Shown here in pieces: positions 38,724 through 47,691 of a stretch of DNA of 64,000 nt. Source of the DNA: Myxococcota bacterium (lineage in GTDB: Bacteria; Myxococcota_A; Polyangia; Polyangiales; Houyiibacteriaceae); contig JBCCEA010000015.1 of the NCBI GenBank assembly GCA_039030515.1, positions 1 to 64,000 on the forward strand, read 5' to 3'. How positions within the stretch are numbered: the stretch's first letter is position 1; each line of letters opens with the position of its first letter. The position numbers and the translations under genes are program-made. The notes below the pieces were generated by a model. It was not told where the DNA came from. It saw only the letters and a program-made list of their open reading frames with translations, and did no database searches.

Positions 38724-39455
38724 ATGAGGGCCTTGGTACTTCGACTGCTCATGACCGTCCTACTCGCCACCCCGACGATCGCGTTGGCGCAGTATCGACT
38801 CGCGGGACCACCCGATCCTCCATCTGAGGCGAATCTAGGGGATGCGCGTGCAGCGTTTGTGGAGGGCACCGAGTTGACCCAGGCAGGACGATGGGCGGAT
38901 GCGCTGGCAAAGTTCGAGCAGGCCTACGCGCTCTCGGCGATTCCCGCCGCACTGTTCAACGCTGCAAGCGCGCTACGAGCCCTGGGAAGACATCGGGATG
39001 CACGGGATGCCTTCACTCAACTTCTGGAGGATCCGCTACTCGACCCGGAGACCAGGAGAGAGGCTGAACTTCGACGCAACGAAGAAGCAGCTCGAGTGGC
39101 GACGGTGGCACTTCAGATGCAGCTTGAAGAATCGGAATTTTCTTTGTTCTTTGACGGCGTGCGCCAACTTCCTCCGGCAAACGGTGCTTTGATTCTGGAG
39201 GCAGATCCCGGAAGACACGCTATCTTGATCGAAGCTCGAGGCTATCGAAATTGGATTTGGGAGCATTGGCTGGGGGATGGTCAACGGGTGGAGCTCGATG
39301 TCGAGATGGAGCCTATCCCCAAAAAAAAATGGGTGCGTTCGCCCTTGCTCTGGAGCGGCGTTGCGGCGGCTGTCGTAGGCGGAATTGTCACCGCGGTATT
39401 GCTGTCTCGCGATGACGACGCTCAGTATCTCGGCACCAAGGTAACGCTACCTTGA
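38724..39455 (+). CDS. Exported TPR + PEGA-like domain protein
   Basis: Signal peptide (ALA-Q), TPR (G.W.DAL..FE.AY...LFN.A...LGR), PEGA-like PG.H.I.IEA.GY..W and a C-terminal hydrophobic segment. Confidence 0.85.
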   Translation: MRALVLRLLMTVLLATPTIALAQYRLAGPPDPPSEANLGDARAAFVEGTELTQAGRWADALAKFEQAYALSAIPAALFNAASALRALGRHRDARDAFTQLLEDPLLDPETRREAELRRNEEAARVATVALQMQLEESEFSLFFDGVRQLPPANGALILEADPGRHAILIEARGYRNWIWEHWLGDGQRVELDVEMEPIPKKKWVRSPLLWSGVAAAVVGGIVTAVLLSRDDDAQYLGTKVTLP

Positions 39456-40315
39456 ACACGCTGTGGAAACGTTGTCTTGCCTCTTTTATGCTCGCATCGT
39501 GGGGATGCAGCAGCTCTGAGGCGGTGCTGGAACTCACCGTGGTACTCGACAACTTGGTGCTGCGAGACGAAGCGACAGGAGAAGTGCTCAGGGACGAAAC
39601 TACGGGTAAGCAGCTTGGCACCGTCGACAGCCATCCCCTACTCACCCTGCTCTTTCGTACCGAACCCGAAGAAAACGCAAATCTCGCCACGCAGTACGTG
39701 ACGTCTGAACCTTCGGTAGAACAGAATATCGACTTGAGCGAGGAAGCACTTTCGAATGCCTCCTCCTTTGTGGGCGAGCCTATCGACGCAGTGGTGCTCG
39801 AGTACTCGATCGTCGCAAAGCCAAAAGACTTCGGCAGCAATCTGCTGCTTCGTATGCAGTACAGCCAGACGGCCTACCAGAGCAGCGATGCTGAACCAAA
39901 CCCAAACGATTTGGTCCAGTTCCTATTTTTTGAGCGCCCTTTCTTTCGAGACAGAACGACTCGTTACCTTGTCAGCCATCAGACGCAAAGTGCATCGGAG
40001 CAAAGGATACTGAATCGCCGGCAGGACCTGGCCGAGTCATGCAGCAGAGACGGCAACCGATGTGCGAAGCTGCTTCAGTCCTTAGACGAACTCGGTACCA
40101 TTGTGGAATATGAGGCAGCTCATGAAACCTTCCTGGATGCGGTCAACGACGATGTGGCTCGCAGGGACCTAGAAACACTGAGACCTGAGACCTACGTCGA
40201 TCGATGTTTTATCGCTGGATGCCTCGGTGGAAATCCAGACTGCTACTGCGACCACGATCCCGGGCAGACCTGCACCGACGCCGTAGACAACAACCTACCA
40301 CATGCTTGCGACTGA
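39452..40315 (+). CDS. Hypothetical lipoprotein with a Cys-rich C-terminus
   Basis: Lipobox-like SWGC-SSS, TTGA overlap with the previous stop, 8 further Cys residues ending in HACD. Confidence 0.7.
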   Translation: MNTLWKRCLASFMLASWGCSSSEAVLELTVVLDNLVLRDEATGEVLRDETTGKQLGTVDSHPLLTLLFRTEPEENANLATQYVTSEPSVEQNIDLSEEALSNASSFVGEPIDAVVLEYSIVAKPKDFGSNLLLRMQYSQTAYQSSDAEPNPNDLVQFLFFERPFFRDRTTRYLVSHQTQSASEQRILNRRQDLAESCSRDGNRCAKLLQSLDELGTIVEYEAAHETFLDAVNDDVARRDLETLRPETYVDRCFIAGCLGGNPDCYCDHDPGQTCTDAVDNNLPHACD

Positions 40316-40479
40316 GCGCCGCGAGCCGCCAGCCGCCGGGGACCCTACCGGTGAAACTTCGGTCTAGTCGGCATCTGCCTGGCACACTCCATCGACGGGA
40401 CGAGGTTCCGCTTGTCGTCATTGCCCGGCCAACGTGTTCCGGCACCCGGACGAAAGCGGCAAAGCTCATCTGAGTCACG

Positions 40480-41487
40480 CTAGGCGTTTTCGATATCGTG
40501 AGTAGAGAACAAATCGGTTTCTTGCGTGTCTCGGTCAAAGCTGACGCGAATTGCGTCACGAAGAACTGCACGGCGACGAGCGATAGTCGTCACATGACCC
40601 CCATCGACCCAGGTCAGACGAGCCGACGGAACTTTTCTGTGAAGGGCTTCAACTTCACGAGCCGGAACAAACCCGTCATCTTTGGCCCCGACGATGATGG
40701 CGCGACTCCCGTCGGCCAAAGCACCAAAGCTCGGCTCCACGACCCTGTCGAGGAGAGTGTAGAGATGAGTTCGCCCATCGGTTGCATTGGGACCAAGATG
40801 AATGGCGTTCCAGTCCACGGTCCAGCTCAGTGCTCCTCGGGTGTACATCGGCGCTGGCGACAAGCCGACCGCAAACGCAGAAACGGCCAAAGGTAGCTTC
40901 ACTCCTGTAGCCGCGGCCATCGCGACCCAGCCACCCATACTAAATCCGCTCACCCCGATCTCGCGATAGCCTACGCGGTCAAGCCAATAAAGGAGGGAGC
41001 GAGCTTCCCGTACGGCGGCGTACACCATCGTGAACTGGTCGACCACCGTCTGAAGTCGGGTTCCGAATTGTTCGTCTGGCCTGCGCGCGCCGTAATAGGG
41101 ATTTTCTAAAAATACCGCGGATATGCCCTCTGCAAGCAGCGGACGTGCAAGACGCCGGCGTCTCGAAAATCCCTGCTCACCAGTCGCGGCCAAAAAGAGG
41201 CACACCGGATATTCGATATCGGATTCGTCGGGCAACCACCATTCAAAAGCCGCCTCCTGTGCCTGCGCAGGAAGACTCATAAAGGAAGGGGAACGAAAAC
41301 GTCCGCGGCGAGCGACATGCCCCCCTCGTCGACGCCTCGGACGAGACAACTCGACGCCGATCTCCTCCGGCTCCTCCGGGTACCCTCGATCCAACAAGCG
41401 GTCCAGCAGCTGAAGGTCTCCCCAGCCCCGCACGAAGTGTTTGCGGCGCGCACTAGACTTCGCAACGACTCGATCGAGCCAGTGCAT
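40480..41487 (-). CDS. Alpha/beta hydrolase, ABHD18/DUF2048-like
   Basis: F..GWG, LAATGEQGF.RR, LENPYYG.RRP, nucleophile elbow GFSMGG, AKDDGFVP and GGH. Start trimmed to ATG 41487. Confidence 0.88.
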   Translation of the reverse strand: MHWLDRVVAKSSARRKHFVRGWGDLQLLDRLLDRGYPEEPEEIGVELSRPRRRRGGHVARRGRFRSPSFMSLPAQAQEAAFEWWLPDESDIEYPVCLFLAATGEQGFSRRRRLARPLLAEGISAVFLENPYYGARRPDEQFGTRLQTVVDQFTMVYAAVREARSLLYWLDRVGYREIGVSGFSMGGWVAMAAATGVKLPLAVSAFAVGLSPAPMYTRGALSWTVDWNAIHLGPNATDGRTHLYTLLDRVVEPSFGALADGSRAIIVGAKDDGFVPAREVEALHRKVPSARLTWVDGGHVTTIARRRAVLRDAIRVSFDRDTQETDLFSTHDIENA

Positions 41488-41506
41488 CTTTGAGGGGCGT
41501 GCGTTT

Positions 41507-42457
41507 TTAGGAGATCGGGAGCTCTTTTGTCGACTCACCTGCGAGCAGATAGAGCACCGCCATGCGAACCGCCACCCCCGCCTCCACCTGATCGAGAACC
41601 ACACTACGCGCACCATCGGCGACTTCGGGATCGATCTCGACCCCACGATTCATGGGACCAGGATGCATGACGATAGCGTGCGCCTTTGCCGAATTAAGAA
41701 TCTTGGAAGTCAGTCCGAAGGTTCGACTGTATTCGCGCAGCGAGGGCAGCCGGGCAGAGGAACATCGTTCTTGCTGCACCCGCAACATCATGACCACGTC
41801 CGCATCGACCACTGCGTCCTCAAGTCGATGATGAACGTGCACCGAGGCGGCCCGAAAATCCTCTGAGAGAAGGGTGCGTGGACCGGTCAAGTGTACTTCC
41901 GAGCCAAAGAGTGAAAACAGCAGAATATTCGAACGCGCCACTCTTGAATGAAGGACGTCACCGCAAATAGCGACCTTGAGTCCCGTGAGCGTTCCCAAAG
42001 ACCGCCGGACGGTAAACGCGTCGAGCAGAGCCTGAGTTGGATGCTCATGCAGCCCGTCCCCCGCGTTGACCACACTGCACGCGACACGGTCCGCCACGTA
42101 TTGAGGTGCACCCGACGACGAGTGCCGCACCACGATCACATCTGGATGCATGGCCCCCAATGTTTTGACCGTATCGCTGAGTGACTCTCCTTTGTTCACG
42201 CTAGAGGCGGCAATCCCGAGATTCACCACGTCTGCACTGAGTCGTTTGCCCGCGAGCTCAAAAGAAGTGCGGGTTCGAGTGGAGGATTCGTAGAAAAGAT
42301 GGATCACCGTCTTACCGCGAAGGGTCGGCACCTTCCTTACGGGACGCCTTGAAACCTCGTGAAACGCCTCCGCAGCGTCGAGAACGCACTTTATGTCCCC
42401 CGTGCTCAGGCCCTCGACTCCAAGTAAACTGCGGTGGCGATAGAAGACGTCAGACAT
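41507..42457 (-). CDS. pyrB: Aspartate carbamoyltransferase catalytic subunit
   Basis: [37 protein letters not shown] and MHPGPMNRG. Confidence 0.98.
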   Translation of the reverse strand: MSDVFYRHRSLLGVEGLSTGDIKCVLDAAEAFHEVSRRPVRKVPTLRGKTVIHLFYESSTRTRTSFELAGKRLSADVVNLGIAASSVNKGESLSDTVKTLGAMHPDVIVVRHSSSGAPQYVADRVACSVVNAGDGLHEHPTQALLDAFTVRRSLGTLTGLKVAICGDVLHSRVARSNILLFSLFGSEVHLTGPRTLLSEDFRAASVHVHHRLEDAVVDADVVMMLRVQQERCSSARLPSLREYSRTFGLTSKILNSAKAHAIVMHPGPMNRGVEIDPEVADGARSVVLDQVEAGVAVRMAVLYLLAGESTKELPIS

Positions 42458-43076
42458 CGTCTGCACCTTCCCTTTGGATCGCAAGAACGGAGCTGAGTGG
42501 GTTCGGTGATTCCAGTGGGGAACTCGGGTCTACGGATCGCGGTCGAAAGAGGACCGCTGAGGGTTCTACGCTGTCTTCGTCGATACGCACCTCAACCCGC
42601 ACCCCCCTTGGCAAGTCGAGCTCACGTCCGACAGTATCTGCCGCTATCGGGAGCTCACGGCCCCGCCTGTCGATAAGCACTGCCAGGAGGATTCGAGCGG
42701 GACGTCCGTGATCCAAAAGGCAGTCGATCGCCGCCCGAACCGTTCGACCGGTCTGGAGCACATCGTCGACCAGCAACACCTGTTTGCCGCTCACCTGGAA
42801 CGGGATTTCACTGGGTCCGATCTTAGGGCTGGGAAGAGCGGTCGCGGCGTCGTCTCGATAGAGCGCGATATCCACCGAACCTACCGGCACTACACACTGC
42901 TCCTGAGATTCGATTTCGCGAGCCAGCCTTCGCGACAGACCAATGCCCCCTCTACGAACACCCACGAGCACCAGTGACTGCACGCCCTTCGCCTGCTCCA
43001 ACACCTCTGAAGCCATCCGGCGAACACATCGATCGATCGCCGTCGCGTCCAGAAGAGTTTCTGCCGAACTACCCAT
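42450..43076 (-). CDS. pyrR: Bifunctional pyrimidine regulatory protein PyrR / uracil phosphoribosyltransferase
   Basis: [23 protein letters not shown] and LIDR.GRELPI. Upstream of pyrB. Confidence 0.95.
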   Translation of the reverse strand: MGSSAETLLDATAIDRCVRRMASEVLEQAKGVQSLVLVGVRRGGIGLSRRLAREIESQEQCVVPVGSVDIALYRDDAATALPSPKIGPSEIPFQVSGKQVLLVDDVLQTGRTVRAAIDCLLDHGRPARILLAVLIDRRGRELPIAADTVGRELDLPRGVRVEVRIDEDSVEPSAVLFRPRSVDPSSPLESPNPLSSVLAIQREGADDV

Positions 43077-43082
43077 CGCGCG

Positions 43083-43112
43083 GGTGTATGCATCAGTCCA
43101 CGAGTGCGTCAA
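43083..43112 (-). promoter_or_regulatory. Possible promoter giving a (near-)leaderless pyrR transcript
   Basis: TTGACG, 18-nt spacer, TACACC, ending 6 nt before ATG 43076. No SD sequence. The -10 element is imperfect. Confidence 0.3.
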
Positions 43113-43164
43113 GAGAAGAGCGATCTCTATCTGACCTGATCATGAAGAAACGAAAGGCACACCT

Positions 43165-43719
43165 TTAGCTCGCAACGGGCAGCGCATGGGGCGCCTGCTC
43201 ACCCTGATCGATCCGCTGCTCCATTTCGTATTTGGAAGGGCATCTTGGAACCACTTGGTTTGCCTGAAAAATCCCTTCGGTATCGAGCGACCCTTGGACG
43301 GTCACCCGAATACCAAAGCCATCCCGAAAAGTATCTGGAACAACACACTGCGAAAAGCGAACCGGCATCGATACGCCTTCTTGCTCGAGCACAAACCGCC
43401 ACTCGCAGGGCTCATCTCGAAACTGAATCGATCCGGATCGAAGTCCGCCCTCCACCCGCAACTCGCGGCCCTCAAAAGCGACAGGATTCGTCATCACTTC
43501 GTGTACGAGCTTCGAGTAGACGAACGCGTCTCCCGCACCACTGCCGAGAGAGAGAAACACGACGACACTCAGGAGCACTCCGAATACCCCGGCCGCTTTG
43601 ACGGTGGGAGACAGTCCAGTTTTGGACCAGCGTGCGCGGGACTCGTCATCCGCTTCGACGTCAACATCGTCTAACTCTGCGGAACTACCTGCCTCGTCTG
43701 TGACTTCGGATTCGTGCAT
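43165..43719 (-). CDS. ccmE: Cytochrome c maturation heme chaperone CcmE, CxxxY variant
   Basis: Single TM, LRV.G....GSI, VPDTF..G..V.V.G and F.A..V..RCPSKY. Confidence 0.9.
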   Translation of the reverse strand: MHESEVTDEAGSSAELDDVDVEADDESRARWSKTGLSPTVKAAGVFGVLLSVVVFLSLGSGAGDAFVYSKLVHEVMTNPVAFEGRELRVEGGLRSGSIQFRDEPCEWRFVLEQEGVSMPVRFSQCVVPDTFRDGFGIRVTVQGSLDTEGIFQANQVVPRCPSKYEMEQRIDQGEQAPHALPVAS

Positions 43720-43957
43720 GAAACATCGCTGTGAAACGGCAGCCCGATTCACGGAGGCTCTGAGCGTTCCAGTTTAAGCGAAACAGGGAGAGCGCCAACT
43801 GAGCGTCCTCCCTGGATGTAGGTACAAAAAGCTTTTGAGGATAGGACTCCGTCGTCCGATCCTTCAGCAAAGTAGCCCGATGCCTCAGCGAAGTAACCCA
43901 TGAGGCAGCCACGGTATTCAAACCGCAGCATTCGAACCAGAGCAAGCTTAATTTGGA

Positions 43958-44275
43958 TCAGCCGGTGATCATGATGATCGCCACGACGAGCGCGTAAATC
44001 ACCAGTGACTCGATCAGAGCCAAACTCAGGATCATCGGAGTGAACAACTTGCCGGAGGCGCTTGGATTTCTAGCGATACCTTCCAATGCGGCTGCAGCAG
44101 CTCGGGCCTGGCCGAGCGAACCGCCAAGAGCGGCCACGCCGATCGCCAGTGCCGCTGCAAAGGCTTTGGAAATGGATACGTCTGCTTCGTTGCTGGCAGC
44201 ATCTTCTGCGAAGGCTGTAGCGGTCACAAGCAGAGGGGCGACTAGTCCGAACAGCCGGAGAACCACCTTGTGCAT
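43958..44275 (-). CDS. atpE: F0 ATP synthase subunit c
   Basis: GGSLGQ...EGIARNP...[10 protein letters not shown] hairpin with an N-terminal signal-like extension. Confidence 0.97.
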   Translation of the reverse strand: MHKVVLRLFGLVAPLLVTATAFAEDAASNEADVSISKAFAAALAIGVAALGGSLGQARAAAAALEGIARNPSASGKLFTPMILSLALIESLVIYALVVAIIMITG

Positions 44276-44344
44276 TTCTGGCTCCTTACTTCCTTATCGT
44301 GTGGGAGGTGGGTGATGGCCCTTCCCCCCGAAAAGTTTACGATC

Positions 44345-45151
44345 TCAATGGTCTTCGTGGGCGATGGCCAACGAAATGTAGACCGTAGACAACAGACAAA
44401 AAACGAGAGTTTGTACCGTAACGACGATACATCCCATGACGTACATCGGAATCGGGACCACGAAGGGCACGAGACCGATGAAAATGAGAAGCACCATGTG
44501 GTCCGCCGTCATGTTTGCCGCAAGTCGAATCGCGAGAGAAAGCGGTCGAACGATGTGGCTCACCAGCTCGATGACCAGCATAAGCGGAGCTAGAGGCAAG
44601 AAAGGACCGAGAAAATGCTTGAAGTACGCCGCCCCGTGTTCACGCACGCCGAAGATGTGGGTGGCAAAAAAAACGATCAGCCCGAGGGCAAGCGTGGTCG
44701 AGACCTTATCGGTGGGCGGCAGAAAGTGCGGGGTGAGACCGAGGACGTTGGAAAAAAAGATGAAGAACGCTAGCGATCCGATGAGCGGCAGGAAGAACTT
44801 GGCGGCCTTTTTTCCCATCATGCCGACCATCATTTCGTAGACGCCACCGACTAGAAGCTCTGTAAAGGTGCGTACGGTGAGCGTTTCCTCTGGGATCATC
44901 GCCAACTTCACATCGCGAACCGCTCGGGATACCCGAACGCCGAGCAGGCACAGAATCGTAACCACCAGCGCTGCACTGAATACGTGCTGCGCACTTACAG
45001 GCTCGTGAGCAAGCCAGGTCACCCCTGCAACTCCGTGAGCCTGTAATTCTTCGGAGGGCGGATCGCCGGCAACGTGCTGTATGAACCGCTCCGTATTGGT
45101 GTACAGGTTGCCCAACAAAATATCGAACCACGACGATTCGTGTTGTTCCAT
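44345..45151 (-). CDS. atpB: F0 ATP synthase subunit a
   Basis: SNVLGL.P, IELVSH..RPLSLAIRLAANM.ADH and VQTLVF.LLS.VYI. Confidence 0.97.
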   Translation of the reverse strand: MEQHESSWFDILLGNLYTNTERFIQHVAGDPPSEELQAHGVAGVTWLAHEPVSAQHVFSAALVVTILCLLGVRVSRAVRDVKLAMIPEETLTVRTFTELLVGGVYEMMVGMMGKKAAKFFLPLIGSLAFFIFFSNVLGLTPHFLPPTDKVSTTLALGLIVFFATHIFGVREHGAAYFKHFLGPFLPLAPLMLVIELVSHIVRPLSLAIRLAANMTADHMVLLIFIGLVPFVVPIPMYVMGCIVVTVQTLVFCLLSTVYISLAIAHEDH

Positions 45152-45153
45152 GC

Positions 45154-45714
45154 CTACTGCTCCCCCGGTGTGCGGTCCGTCGTCGTAGCGTGGACTCCGC
45201 TGGAAGATAGATGTTCGCTGACGGCGTTCTCCCGAAGGAGATGGCTCTCGTGAGGATCGAGGAAGTCTTTAGAAGGCCGGCTAGAATCGATCGCTTCTTC
45301 AGGGTGGGCCGCGTGCTCGGGGCAAGCCGCGCGCTCAGGCTCGCTCGGGCTTCCAGCACCGAAGAAGATACCGAGCGCAAAGGAGCCCGTGCCGACTAGA
45401 TACCCAACAGGATCCACTCCGGCGTCGCGGATGAGGACCCAGCTTAGGAAGATCAGAAAAGTCATCTTGAAGCCGAGCAGACCCGCAATGGAGAACCGGC
45501 TTGCGTCGCTTGCGGTTGAGATTCGGGAAACGAGGAATCGCAGCAAGATCCAGTTCGCCACAGACACGATCGTACCGACCAGCGCTCCAAAACTGATTTT
45601 GGGACCCAGAAGCGCAAAAGCAGCCGCGGTGAGCACCGTTCCGAAAAGCGCGATCTGAACGGTGATTCGATCGAACGAACCGCTCGCGCGGGCGAACCTG
45701 TCGAGCTCAAGCAT
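45154..45714 (-). CDS. atpI: ATP synthase accessory subunit I
   Basis: 4 TM helices, position between atpZ and atpB, hydrophilic C-terminal tail. Start trimmed to ATG 45714. Confidence 0.8.
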   Translation of the reverse strand: MLELDRFARASGSFDRITVQIALFGTVLTAAAFALLGPKISFGALVGTIVSVANWILLRFLVSRISTASDASRFSIAGLLGFKMTFLIFLSWVLIRDAGVDPVGYLVGTGSFALGIFFGAGSPSEPERAACPEHAAHPEEAIDSSRPSKDFLDPHESHLLRENAVSEHLSSSGVHATTTDRTPGEQ

Positions 45715-45979
45715 CGGGACGGTCTTGGGGTTCTTTTTCGCGGTTTTGATCGATGGAATCAAGTTCTCTCCGAACCGAAACGAGGACCCGATGAACACTC
45801 TTCACCGCAGCGCAAAGGCCCACCGTAAGACCGAACCACATCATCCAAGGATGGGTTCCGAGCGATGTGTCGAGCCATCGACCTCCAAAGAAGCCGACAA
45901 GCGTAGACAAAACGATTTCTAATCCGAGCGTGCTTACCCTGCCGAACGCACGTAGCTGATGTGGATCCAGCAGAGGCAT
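45707..45979 (-). CDS. atpZ: AtpZ/AtpI-family (ATPase gene 1) membrane protein
   Basis: STLGLEIV....G...GRWLD..LGT.PW...GL..G pattern. Confidence 0.88.
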   Translation of the reverse strand: MPLLDPHQLRAFGRVSTLGLEIVLSTLVGFFGGRWLDTSLGTHPWMMWFGLTVGLCAAVKSVHRVLVSVRRELDSIDQNREKEPQDRPDA

Positions 45980-46155
45980 CGAACATCCCAGATCGCTGTT
46001 TTTCAACAGTCAAAGAGTCATCGGAAGTCAGAGGAATGCCGGTGACCGTGCCTCATTACCCGGCCGCCTTCGTACCGATTCGGCACGCCGCGGCGCATTA
46101 ACACGAGGCCATAGCCCGGTCAAGATCGACCTCAGGGCACGAGTGGGGGGCGGGT

Positions 46156-47439
46156 CTACAGCGCAGCAAAAGCTTCTCGAGCCGCTTGCTCTGTGACCTC
46201 AAGACACGGACCCTCGTGGGTGATCGAAGGAAACGCCGCTTCGAACTGACTGGGAGGCCAATACACCCCGCGCTCCAACATCGATCGATGCCACCGCCCG
46301 AACGCATCGCGGTCACAGCGGTCTGCTTCTCGCCAGCTACGTACCGGTTCTGGGCTAAAGAAGGCGGTGAGCATCGCGCCCACCCGCTGAATTTGAACTT
46401 GTGCGGAGGACCTTTTGGATGCCTCTGCCAAAATAGAGGCCACGGTTTGGGCGCACGATTCGAGTCGCTCGTAAAAGCCCTCTTCATCGAGAAGCTCCAG
46501 GGTCCTGATACCTGCGGCCACCGCCAGTGGATTTCCGCTCAGCGTCCCCGCTTGGTACACGGGGCCGGAAGGCGCCACCATCGACATCACGTCTCGGCGA
46601 CCACCGTAAGCCCCGACCGGCAGCCCTCCTCCCAGGATCTTGCCGAGGCAGGTGAGGTCCGGCGTGAGACCGAAGCGCTCCTGCGCCCCCCCTCGGGCCA
46701 CTCGAAATCCAGTCATCACCTCGTCGAACACCAGGAGGCTATCGTATTCTTCAGTCAGGCTGCGGAGTTCCTCGAGCCACGCTAGTTCTGGGGCCACGCA
46801 CCCCATATTTCCGGCGACCGGCTCGACGATCACGGCCGCAACGTCGCGACCACGGGCTTTGAATAGTTGCTGGATGCCCTCGATATCGTTGTAGTGCACG
46901 AGGGAGGTCGTCGAAGCGATGGCCTTCGGAACACCGGCACTGTCTGGAGCCCCGAGCGTCGCTGCGCCCGACCCCGCCTTGACCAGCAGATAATCGGCAC
47001 CTCCGTGGTACGCCCCGATGCATTTGACCACGAGATCGCGACCGGTATATCCCCTCGCAACCCGGAGCGCGCCCATCACAGCTTCGGTCCCGCTGGAGGT
47101 CAACCGAACCATCTGCATGGAGGGCACGAAGTCGCGAATCTTTTCAGCCAAAGCGACCTCACCTTGGGTTGGGGCCCCGAAGCTGGAGCTCTGCTGAGCG
47201 GCCTCGCAAATCGCCTCAACTACCTCGGCACGGGCGTGACCAAGGATCATGGGGCCCCAGGAACCGATGTAGTCCACGTAGCGCCGACCATCTGCTCCCT
47301 TCAACCAGGGACCCGATGCCGACTGGATGTACACCGGAGATCCCCCGACCGACTGAAACGCCCGCACGGGAGAGTTGACCCCGCCAGGCATCACCTGCAG
47401 CGCCTTTTCGTGAAGTGCCCTCGAAACCGCATCAGACAT
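46156..47439 (-). CDS. hemL: Glutamate-1-semialdehyde 2,1-aminomutase
   Basis: PGGVNSPVRAF, SGTEA, FDEVMTGFR, GKILGGGLP, YQAGTLSGNP and PSQFEA. Confidence 0.99.
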   Translation of the reverse strand: MSDAVSRALHEKALQVMPGGVNSPVRAFQSVGGSPVYIQSASGPWLKGADGRRYVDYIGSWGPMILGHARAEVVEAICEAAQQSSSFGAPTQGEVALAEKIRDFVPSMQMVRLTSSGTEAVMGALRVARGYTGRDLVVKCIGAYHGGADYLLVKAGSGAATLGAPDSAGVPKAIASTTSLVHYNDIEGIQQLFKARGRDVAAVIVEPVAGNMGCVAPELAWLEELRSLTEEYDSLLVFDEVMTGFRVARGGAQERFGLTPDLTCLGKILGGGLPVGAYGGRRDVMSMVAPSGPVYQAGTLSGNPLAVAAGIRTLELLDEEGFYERLESCAQTVASILAEASKRSSAQVQIQRVGAMLTAFFSPEPVRSWREADRCDRDAFGRWHRSMLERGVYWPPSQFEAAFPSITHEGPCLEVTEQAAREAFAAL

Positions 47440-47466
47440 AGCTCGAATTTCCTCCCCTTTGGAATA

Positions 47467-47513
47467 CATGCCAAACCAAGAGCGTCATGCCAAACCAGGA
47501 GCGTCATGCCAAA
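47467..47513. repeat. 19-bp direct repeat catgccaaacca(a/g)gagcgt x2.5 in the hemL/moxR divergent region
   Basis: Units at 47467-47485, 47486-47504 and a partial 47505-47513. Confidence 0.9.
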
Positions 47514-47691
47514 TCCTCATCGTTCAGTGGCCTCAACCTCGACTACGCGATCGACTCATCGACGTGCAGCACTCTTCGATAGGTTTAATGGGTCGATAGG
47601 TCTGACTGGCCGGGTGTTGCCCTCGCATGTGCACCCGTGCTACCGCGCTGCGGCCGGTAGTAGAGGATCTTACTCAATTGCGTAAGGGAAT

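Noticed and set aside
41488..41646. Longer N-terminus of the ABHD18-like hydrolase
   Set aside because: It overlaps pyrB; ATG 41487 is preferred.
47467..47513. Sigma54 promoter(s) upstream of hemL
   Set aside because: TGGCATG matches the -24 element, but no TTGC occurs at the required spacing.
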